DNA of 64,000 bases from Planctomycetota bacterium (lineage in GTDB: Bacteria; Planctomycetota; UBA8108; JACQVS01). Positions 44,217 to 53,100 of the stretch are shown here, piece by piece (the first letter of the stretch is position 1; each line of letters opens with the position of its first letter). The notes under the pieces are model-generated. The model did no database searches, was not told the DNA's origin, and worked only from the letters and a program-made list of their open reading frames with translations. Where the stretch lies: assembly GCA_028280485.1 (NCBI GenBank), contig JANQLS010000042.1, positions 6,772 through 70,771 on the forward strand, in the 5' to 3' direction. Made by a program: the position numbers and the translations under genes.

Positions 44217-44804
44217 TTAGAGTTCGCTTAAAGCCTGTTGGGTGACTTTCTTGATAAACTGAGTCTTTCCCTGCGTATACTTCACACGATCCGAATTGGG
44301 AGTCAATGCTAAAGTTTGTTTGAGCTCGGCGTATTCTTGGGCTAAGTGGGGATGCTGGATCAGGTAGTCACGGAAGTGAAGCCGATCCCAGTGAGATTTG
44401 AATTCTTTTTCGACCATGTGGATATGGTGGGTTCTCGTTTGATTTTTTGGATCTCGTTTAATAAACCAAGCGTACCATGGAGGCCCATCATCGCCGTGAG
44501 TCGGTCGCCAAAAGTAATCGTAGTCGAGTGCTTCTAAAAGCGGAACGATCTCCGATTTCACCCGCTCTAAATCGGTCACTTCCACCAAAATATCGATGAC
44601 GGGTTTTGCCATGAGGCCGGGGACTGCAGTGCTTCCGAAATGTTCAATCCTCTTGTAGAGAGTCTTGGGTAATAAACTTTGGAGATGCTGTTTTTCTTGG
44701 ATAAACAATTCGGGCCAGTTCGGATCGTAATCGACGACTACTATGGGCTCCGCAATGAGTTTTTGAATTCGAGCTTTGAGTTCGGGATCAGGATTCACGT
44801 TCAA
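44217..44804 (-). CDS. GrpB-family protein (nucleotidyltransferase-like fold)
   Basis: The YDPNWPELF and IEHFGSTAVPGLMAKPVIDILV blocks are characteristic of GrpB/UPF0157. Confidence 0.75.
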   Translation of the reverse strand: MNVNPDPELKARIQKLIAEPIVVVDYDPNWPELFIQEKQHLQSLLPKTLYKRIEHFGSTAVPGLMAKPVIDILVEVTDLERVKSEIVPLLEALDYDYFWRPTHGDDGPPWYAWFIKRDPKNQTRTHHIHMVEKEFKSHWDRLHFRDYLIQHPHLAQEYAELKQTLALTPNSDRVKYTQGKTQFIKKVTQQALSEL

Positions 44805-45306
44805 TTACAGGCTCCAAATGATCTAAGCGATATACGTGTTCTTCAACTTCTTCTTGCCGGGCATTCGAAAAATTCTTTTCTTTACCGATGAATTCAAAAC
44901 CACATCGCTCTAGGACCTTCATGGAGGCCCCATTATCGTGAACGACGTGAGCGTAAATCGGCCGAGTCGGTTGTAGGGATAAAAACATTTTAAGCGCTTG
45001 AGTCGCTATTCCTTTTCCCCAGAATGGTCGATCGATCCAGTAGCCGATTTCGGTTTGTCCTTCCATTTGGAAGCTTAAGATATTCCCTGCGATCTGCTGA
45101 CCAAAAAGGATCGTTTGAATGAAGACTGTATCTGAATTCCGAATCCGTGCCCAATGCGTGTCAAAAGCATTTCTGTCTCTGGGATCTTTTGAGGTGAACG
45201 CGACCTGGTGGCGAGCGATGGGGTCTTTCTGGTGTTCAAAGAAGATTGGCAAGTCCGAATCTTCGACATCCCTCAAAGTGATTTCCGCTTTTCTATTTTC
45301 CCCCAT
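44788..45306 (-). CDS. GNAT-family N-acetyltransferase (RimJ/RimL-like)
   Basis: The WGKGIATQALK acetyl-CoA pyrophosphate-binding loop is present. The gene overlaps the GrpB gene by 17 nt. Confidence 0.75.
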   Translation of the reverse strand: MGENRKAEITLRDVEDSDLPIFFEHQKDPIARHQVAFTSKDPRDRNAFDTHWARIRNSDTVFIQTILFGQQIAGNILSFQMEGQTEIGYWIDRPFWGKGIATQALKMFLSLQPTRPIYAHVVHDNGASMKVLERCGFEFIGKEKNFSNARQEEVEEHVYRLDHLEPVIERES

Positions 45307-45319
45307 CCGTGTAACTCTC

Positions 45320-47008
45320 TTATTTCCTCTTCTTATTCCAGCTTCCGAAGGGAACTACACCACAGCGTTTCGTCCAGGCTTCGTATTCTTGGACGAGTTC
45401 TTTAACCAAATCCGGTTTGTCTTTGGCTAAATTGTGCATCTCCGTTCGATCGGCTGCCATATCGTAGAGCTCCCAGGGGCGTCGATGCTTGGCGACGAGT
45501 TTCCATTTTCCTTTACGAACGGCTCGATTTCCTTCGTGCTCCCAAAAGATGGCTTGTTGGCGTTTTAGTTTTTCACTTTTGAAAATCGAGTTTAATGAAA
45601 CGCCTTCCAAGGGAGTGATTTTGGTGCCCTCGATTTCAGTGGGGTAAGCTGCCTTGGCGATGTCGACACAAGTGGCTTGAATGTCGATTAGATGACTCGG
45701 CACGTGGGCCCAGCGATTTTTCCCTTGAATTCCTTTTGGCCAATGAGCGATGAGAGGAGTCGCGATACCTCCTTCGTGAACCCAGTGTTTGTATTCACGG
45801 AAGGGCGTGTTCGAAACATTCGCCCAATTGCGATCGTAGGCTAAGTAAGTATCTTCAGGACCGGGGAGCACATCTTTTCCCGTACGAACGACTCGGCCAT
45901 CCCGCGTTTGCATGGGGGGCCAAATCTTAGGCTGTAAAACATCGGGCCCCCAAGGTTTGTATTTAACACCAGGCTTCATTGGAGCCCAACCCAAGCTTTC
46001 AGCGCAACCGCCATTATCTTGAAGGAAGAAGATCAGAGTGTTATCAAAAACCTTTTGCTTCTTGAGTTCTTCGACGATATTTCCGATGCCCTGATCCATA
46101 CGATCGACCATGGCAGCGTAAACTTCCATCATCATCGCTTCACGTTTTTTGTTTTTTACTTTCGCCCATTTACCTACGAGGGGAGCGACGTCCCAATTCT
46201 CTTTGAGGAGACCTAATTGTTTGAGTTTCTTAACTCTCGCCTGGTGCGTGGCGACGTAACCGCCATCGTACTTTCCTTTATACTTCTTAATATCTTCGGG
46301 CAAAGCGTGCATCGGCCAGTGAGCGGCGGTGTGAGAGACGTAGAGAAAGAACGGTTTCGTTGAGTGATCCTTGTAATGATCTTTGATGTAACGAATCGCG
46401 TTATCGTTGATCGCGTCGGTATAGTAGAAAGTTTTAGGATTGTATTCTTTGTCGTTGACCGGGGTGATGTAAGTATTATCTCGACAGAGCGTGGTCGGAT
46501 CATAGAAGGATCCCGCTCCGATGATCGTTCCGTAAAAACGATCGAAGCCGCGCTGAAGGGGCCAAGTGTGCTTAGGCCCTTGAGGACCCGTATGGCGAGT
46601 GACGTGCCACTTACCACTCATATAGGTACGATAGCCAGCAGGACGTAAAACCTCGGCGATCGTTTGGGAGCTCTTGTTGAGGTTCCCTCGGTAGGATGGA
46701 AGTTTGTAATCCCCAGTCATATGGCCGACTCCCGCTTGGTGGGGGTAGAGCCCTGTCAATAAGGATGCGCGAGTGGGGCAGCAACGACCCATGTTATAAA
46801 ACTGTGAAAAGCGAAGCCCATTCTTGGCCAAGCCATCCAAGACTGGCGTTTGAATTTCTCCACCGTAGCAACCGATGTCACTGAAACCCATGTCATCCGA
46901 CATGATGAGAATAATGTTGGGGCGTTCGGAGGCCTTCCCTTGAGAAATGCTTATGAAGCCTACGAGAACGAGAAAGCTCATTACGGTACATGCGCGTTGA
47001 ATGGACAT
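45320..47008 (-). CDS. Secreted arylsulfatase (formylglycine-dependent)
   Basis: Signal peptide, NIILIMSDDMGFSD, and the CCPTRASLLTGLYPHQAG signature. Confidence 0.85.
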   Translation of the reverse strand: MSIQRACTVMSFLVLVGFISISQGKASERPNIILIMSDDMGFSDIGCYGGEIQTPVLDGLAKNGLRFSQFYNMGRCCPTRASLLTGLYPHQAGVGHMTGDYKLPSYRGNLNKSSQTIAEVLRPAGYRTYMSGKWHVTRHTGPQGPKHTWPLQRGFDRFYGTIIGAGSFYDPTTLCRDNTYITPVNDKEYNPKTFYYTDAINDNAIRYIKDHYKDHSTKPFFLYVSHTAAHWPMHALPEDIKKYKGKYDGGYVATHQARVKKLKQLGLLKENWDVAPLVGKWAKVKNKKREAMMMEVYAAMVDRMDQGIGNIVEELKKQKVFDNTLIFFLQDNGGCAESLGWAPMKPGVKYKPWGPDVLQPKIWPPMQTRDGRVVRTGKDVLPGPEDTYLAYDRNWANVSNTPFREYKHWVHEGGIATPLIAHWPKGIQGKNRWAHVPSHLIDIQATCVDIAKAAYPTEIEGTKITPLEGVSLNSIFKSEKLKRQQAIFWEHEGNRAVRKGKWKLVAKHRRPWELYDMAADRTEMHNLAKDKPDLVKELVQEYEAWTKRCGVVPFGSWNKKRK

Positions 47009-47035
47009 AGTCTTTCTTCTTCTTTGGATGACAGT

Positions 47036-48745
47036 TTATTTTTTCTTCTTATTCGCTTCGCGAAGACGTCGAATTTCGCTGGGGGTTTCCACGTGACAAC
47101 GTTGAGCCCAATCGAGATAGGCTTTCGCCATCTTTTCGACTAAGTCTTTCTTTTCGGAGGCTAAATTTTGCGTTTCACTTCGATCCTTCTCAATATTGTA
47201 GAGCTCCCAGGGATTTTTTTCACCCCGAGCGACTAATTTCCACTTCCCATCCCGCACGGCTCGATTTCCGTGGTGCTCCCAAAAGAGTGGTTTCTTGCGA
47301 GAGAGAGCTTGTTTTTTAAACGTTGGGACAAGACTCAGCCCTTCTAAGGCTTGGATCTTATTTTCCTGGTAAGTTTTAGGATAAGTCGAGTTCGAGGCTT
47401 CAAGAAACGTCGGCATCAAATCGATGATATGGCTGATATCGTGTCTCCATTCGTTCTTTGCTTGGATTCCCTTCGGCCAATGAACGATGAGTGGGGTGGA
47501 GATGCCGCCTTCATGGGTGTCGTGTTTGAAGTAACGAAAAGGAGTGTTGCTGGCATTCGCCCAACCTCCGCCGTAAGAAGTAAAAGACTTCCTTTTGCCC
47601 TCGTCTTTGATGTCAGCGGTCCTCCCATTGGTAAAGCCGTAGAGGCTGTACTCGGCACAGCCTCCGTTATCAGCTAAGAAGACGATCATCGTATTTTCAA
47701 GCTTATTCTGTTTTTCCAAGGCTTGAATGATTTTACCGATGCCTTGATCCATCGAATCGATCATAGCCGCGTAGATCGCCATTCGGTGAGCCATGAATCT
47801 TTTGATGTTCTTCTGAGTCACTCCTTTGATCTTGGTGACGTGACCGGGGAGTTCTTGCTCGGCTAATTTCTCCCAATCTGGTACCCAGTGGGGGCGTTTC
47901 GACATCTTCCAAGCATCAGTTGCTAAACCCATTTTTTGGAGTCGTTCAAAGCGTTCTTTTCTTAAGACATCCCACCCATTGTCGTAGCGACCTTTGTATT
48001 TTTCGATGTCTTTATCTTTGGCGTGAAGCGGCCAGTGTGGAGCGGTGTAGGAGACATAGAGGAAAAAAGGATTGGAAGCTACTTTCTTATCTTCAGCGTG
48101 CTCGGAGATAAATTTAGCGGCTTCAATACTGATCGCATCGGTGTAATAGTAACTGGGATTTTTTTTCGCTTCTTCCGTGATATCTTCGTTATCTCGCGTC
48201 AAGGTATTAGGGGTGAAGAACGATCCTGCTCCGGCGATCGTTCCGTAATAACGGTCGAAGCCTCGTTGGAGAGGCCAGTTGAATTTGTCTTTGAGTTGGT
48301 TGGCGCGACGAACATTCGTGAGGTGCCATTTTCCCGACATGTACGTCGAGTAACCGTTCACTTTCAAGGCTTCAGCCATGGTGACACACTGACGATTGAT
48401 ATTTCCGCGATAACCAGGAATACCCCAATCAGGTTCCATTCCGCCCATGCCGGCTTGATGGGCGTAGAGTCCCGTTAAGAGGGAGGCTCTGGTGGGACAG
48501 CAGCGTGCGCCATTATAAAACTGTGAATAGCGAAGCCCGTTTTTTGCTAAGCGATCTAGGTTCGGAGTTTCGATTTCTCCTCCGTAACAACCAATGTCGG
48601 AATAGCCCATGTCATCCGCCATGATGAGGATGATGTTGGGGCGTTCGTTTTGAGGTGAGGCTGTTGAAGTACTCACTCCCAAACTGAAAGCGAAAAGGAG
48701 AAGAGTGCAGAGATGAAATCCTAGTTTTTTCAAGGAAGAGATCAT
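47036..48745 (-). CDS. Secreted arylsulfatase, tandem paralogue of 45320-47008
   Basis: Signal peptide, NIILIMADDMGYSD and CCPTRASLLTGLYAHQAG. Collinear with its neighbour over the full length. Confidence 0.85.
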   Translation of the reverse strand: MISSLKKLGFHLCTLLLFAFSLGVSTSTASPQNERPNIILIMADDMGYSDIGCYGGEIETPNLDRLAKNGLRYSQFYNGARCCPTRASLLTGLYAHQAGMGGMEPDWGIPGYRGNINRQCVTMAEALKVNGYSTYMSGKWHLTNVRRANQLKDKFNWPLQRGFDRYYGTIAGAGSFFTPNTLTRDNEDITEEAKKNPSYYYTDAISIEAAKFISEHAEDKKVASNPFFLYVSYTAPHWPLHAKDKDIEKYKGRYDNGWDVLRKERFERLQKMGLATDAWKMSKRPHWVPDWEKLAEQELPGHVTKIKGVTQKNIKRFMAHRMAIYAAMIDSMDQGIGKIIQALEKQNKLENTMIVFLADNGGCAEYSLYGFTNGRTADIKDEGKRKSFTSYGGGWANASNTPFRYFKHDTHEGGISTPLIVHWPKGIQAKNEWRHDISHIIDLMPTFLEASNSTYPKTYQENKIQALEGLSLVPTFKKQALSRKKPLFWEHHGNRAVRDGKWKLVARGEKNPWELYNIEKDRSETQNLASEKKDLVEKMAKAYLDWAQRCHVETPSEIRRLREANKKKK

Positions 48746-48936
48746 GGATCAACTATTGAAGGGGCTAAATGAACGGGAACATAAAAATCAGTTTTGAACT
48801 GACGCAGATAAAAATCGTATCAAGGAGGGATAGGGGAGTTCTACCGATTAATTGTTAAACAGTTCGCTGTAGCCAAATTTTCAAGAATTTGAATGATTTC
48901 TGACCTTAAAAAGTTGAGTCCCAATTGAAGAAAGTC

Positions 48937-50022
48937 TGCAAGAAAATAGGGGCAAGAATATATATGCCAGTCAATATTCTTATCTTCTTGCCCCCCAGTT
49001 TCTTGCCTAAATTAGTATTTAGGAAGGGCTTTGAAAATCAGAGTATATTTAGACAAACATTTTCACTTCTTTCTTCGTTAAAAAAATCGAAAAAGTGAGG
49101 GGATTACTTGGCTGCTGAGGTATCTCAGGAAGATTCGGGCGAAAAGAAACTGAGCATGAAATTACTATGTTATGCCAATTTGTACGAGAATCGAAAATGG
49201 ACTCCATCTATGAGATTAAGGTTGCTTTATAGCTTTGCTCTCTACTGCCGCTTAATTTTTTTTCAAGGCAAATTGAACTTAAGAATATAGGCAAGAAAAT
49301 AGGGGCAAGAAAATGATTGCCAGTCGAACCTCTTATGTTCTTGCCCCCATTTTCTTGCCTAAATTAGTATTCAGGAAGGGTTTTGAAAATCAGAATGTGT
49401 ATAGACCATCATTTTCACTACATTCTTCTATATAAAAATAGAGGCCGTGGGGACGTTGCTTCCATGCTGAAACTTCTGGGTAAGATTCGAGTTAATAGAG
49501 ACTGGGCATGAACTTACTCTATTTAAGTCAATTTGAATGAGGATTGAAGATGGACTTGATCAATGAGGTTGGGGCAACTTTATAGCTTTTCACATTGTTG
49601 CCATTTAATTTTATTTCAAAGCAAACTGAACTTAAGAATCTGGGCAAGAAGATAGGGGCAAGAAAATGATTGCCAGTCGAACCTCTTATGTTCTTGCCCC
49701 CCATTTTCTTGCCTAAATTAGTATTCAGGAAGGGATTTGAAAATCAGAGTATATTTAGACATCCATTTTCACTTTTTTCTTCTTTTAAAAAATTGAGGAA
49801 GTGAGAACGTTGCTTGCATGCCGAAGCATTTCGAAAAGCTTCGAGCGAAAAGAAACTGAGCATGGAATTACTATATTTAAACCAATTTGAATGAGAATCG
49901 ATAATTGACCTCAAAGATGAGATTAAGACAGTTTTATAGTTTTGCTCAGTTCTGCAGTTTGATTTTTTTTCAAGGCAAACTGAACTTAAGAATATAGGCA
50001 AGAAGATAGGGGCAAGAAAATG
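48937..50022 (+). repeat. Tandem array, ~3.3 copies of a ~353-bp non-coding unit with a 22-bp-stem GGCAAGAAAAT hairpin
   Basis: Hairpin starts at 48937, 49290, 49642 and 49997 (the last is a half copy). The units are homologous over their whole length, and indels break all reading frames. Confidence 0.9.
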
Positions 50023-50142
50023 TTCGTGATATCTGTTTATTAACTTATTACGAATATTCTTGATTGCTTTAATAGCCTCAAATCAGCGTAGATGGGGGCC
50101 AGTATAAACAAGTCGAGGTTCTCTATATTCTGCTATTAAAGA

Positions 50143-53100
50143 TTAATTACAAACATCCGGGCAATTCGGAATTCTTCGACAGAACACACCTTGCTCGGGG
50201 GCAGCCCCATCTAAATAGAGGAATGTTAATTGATAGACGACATCGGAGATGTCGACCGTTTGATCGCCGTTGAGGTTCAAGAGTGCTAAGTTTCCACCTT
50301 CAGCTAAATTCCCATCGGAACAGGGAAGGCTTGTATCTCGCCCCAAGACTTTTAGTAAGAGAGTAATCGAATCACCAAGGTCGATAAAGCCATCTTGATT
50401 GGCATCGCCCGGTTTTTGAAATCCTCCTTCAGTGGTGCCATCCGATTCGCTTATACCGGGAGAGCCGTGCAGATGGAGACTCGACTTCCAACTGTCGGGA
50501 TCACTTCGGTCTGAGCACTCCGTTAGGAGATCGATAAGAACGAGAGAAGATCCCTCTCCATCCGTGGTGGGATCCCACTCATCGTCATAGGTGAAGTTAC
50601 AGATGGTAACGCCTCTTCGATTCTTAAGAATGAGCTCTTCGCCGCCATTGCTTAGGCTACCTTGGTATTCCCCCGCGACGTACAGGTCAGGATCGGGGTA
50701 GCGATCTTGAAAGGCTTCTAAATCTTTCACCACAAGAACGACTTCACCAGGGTTTAAATCCATATCCGGATCATCATCCTGTTTTGGAAATTCAAAGGAG
50801 ATGCCTCCTTCAATCTTCATCTGCGAGAGATTGAGAGGATGGTCACCGGTATTTTCCAGTTCCAAAAATTCAAAGTCACCCTTAGTAAAAGCGCTACCCG
50901 CAGCGGGAGCTAAGGGGTGATACATGATTTCAGTGATTTGGAGGTCACCGGAATTGACGGTGTATGTCACTTCATTGAGAGCACTCCAATCACCACCCGA
51001 TCGAGCCCGTGCTTTTAATGGGGTGGATCGAGTGATGAAGAATCCGTCTCCTTCTTCTCCCGCTAAGAGAGCGGTGAGGCGGGGTTCCATGAGGAAATCA
51101 GAACTGCCGGAAGAAGTGTTTAATCCATGAATGGCTAAGACGTTTTTTCCTGTTCGTAACAAGGTTCTGGGATTCGGATGCGTGAAGGTGGCTAGCACAA
51201 GATTGACAGCCTGGCCATCGGAATGACTATTTCTGGCGCTCGAACTCCAGCTCAAGGCATCGGGTTCGTTCTCGGCTGCGATTTCTTCCCCATTGAGGTA
51301 GGCGACGTATCCATCGTCGAAGCGGAATCGCAATTGAAGTTCAACGACGCTTCCTGGGTCGTCGAGATCGAATTCGTATCGGAGATAAACCGAAGGATGC
51401 ACATTATTCATCTCAGATTCGATGTCGAGATCGATGTGATCATCGTAGGTGGTTTGTTCATCGTAACCCACTCCGCTTCCCGCCGGGGATCTTAGCCACC
51501 CATTGGGAGTGAAGTTGACTTCAATCCAATCTAAGCCGAGTTGGCCATCGTTTGGAACATGAACAAAGACTTCGTTCGTTGACCCGATGAGTGTTTGCTG
51601 GTTGCTTAGAGAATCTAAAGCGATGGCGGTGTCGGAGATCCCTCCACCGACTAAACGAGGATCTGAACCATCGAAGGTGTAGTAGATCGTTCCCTCGGCC
51701 GTTGTCATATGGATTTGTGAGTTATGGACGAGTTCGCTACCCGTTTGATTGAATTGGGGAGCTTCGAGAGAGGGATAGAATCCGGCTGCTTTGTACTGAT
51801 TGAGAACGGTCTCCGATCGGGAGGCTAGGACTCCATTCACGTAAGAATCTCGCGCGGAAGCCCAAGAGGCGGGAGTGCGATATCCCCAACGTGCGGCTTC
51901 GGCGATGAAGGCTCGTTCGACTTGATCACAGCGAAGGAGTAGCCTTGCTCGCATCGATTCTGTTGTTAATGCACCGCCATTAAAGAAGTGTCGGTGGATG
52001 CGATCACCCAATAGCGTGAGATACTCCGAATGGCCCTGGGCAAAAAGCATGCTGAAGATACTTCCGGGGCCGTCTCCGGCTTGTCGGCCGGGAGCGCCTC
52101 TTCCCGTTCGGTTTCCTGCACTACGAGTAAAGCCATCGGCATCGTTTAAATAAAACTTAAATCCACTTCCGGGTGCTACGGGACCTGCACAACGGTACTC
52201 GTCTTCTGAATTTCCGAACATCCACATCAACATGTAGTCAACGTAGTGGGCGACATCCAAATAGGGAGACACCGCTACATAATTAGCTCGTAGGTTTTTA
52301 ATATTTTGCCAAGCGGAACCATCGCCATCGTAAACCGACCCGGGATCGGCCCAGCCCCCTACATTCCAGTTTCCGTTGATGGCTTCGTAGTCATCTTTTT
52401 TACCTCCGAGGTACTCGGCTTGCATGGAAGCGTTCCAGCGCTCTCTCAGATGGTACTGGCCCCAGTATGTTCCGTTGATGTAAAGGTGGACGAACCTTCC
52501 ATGGGGATTCAAGTTCCCCATGTCGAGCATGGTGTCGTCGGTCAATCGATTCGACATATAAAATCCGCGAGCCACCATGTCGTGGGAACCTCCGCGGAGT
52601 TCGAGTTGATCGAAGGTGTCTACCGCTGGCACTCCATTTTCATGCCCATCAAAGAGAGGGAATTTGAATTTTCGAGCTCCGTGAATACCGCGGAAATAGA
52701 GCCTGAAATTTTTCTTAGCGAAGTTGGTGAACGCGCCTCCGAAGTAGCGGATTCCCGCTCCGTCTTGGTGGTCGGCGCCTGTATTCGGATCGATCCACTC
52801 AATGGAGCCCGTAACTTCAGTGGTGTTTCTAACGGCGGTTTCAGTCACTAAAGAGATCGTGGGTAAATCGGAAAGACCATCAAGGATTTGCGGACTGTAT
52901 TGAGGGTTTTGGGTGATGGCCGTATCCATCACTGGGGAGTCGATGACATCATCTAGAAAGATATAGGTTTGTGTATCGATGTTGGTAGGAATGTATCCAT
53001 CCAGGTAAGCCCTCGCCCGCACGACCGTCGTTTCAGAGATTTGAATCGGACCGTCATAGGTAAATCCGCTAGTTAAAGTAGGCTCTGTTTCATCGAGCGT

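Noticed and set aside
49108-50001. ORFs 49108..49290 (+, 60 aa) and 49744..50001 (-, 85 aa) inside the tandem array
   Set aside because: The corresponding positions in the other array units carry indels and stops, so neither frame is conserved between copies. There is no RBS.
48937-50022. Possibility that the tandem array is a CRISPR-like array
   Set aside because: The period is ~353 bp, the inter-hairpin segments are homologous to each other rather than unique spacers, and no cas genes are present.
52306-52851. 181-aa ORF antisense to the CotH-like gene, and similar long shadow ORFs (for example 48023..48478, 46213..46617, 41600..41953, 31617..32012, 3107..3406)
   Set aside because: They are fully nested in or antisense to well-supported genes. 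The products are low-complexity or compositionally odd, which is typical of shadow frames in codon-biased genes.
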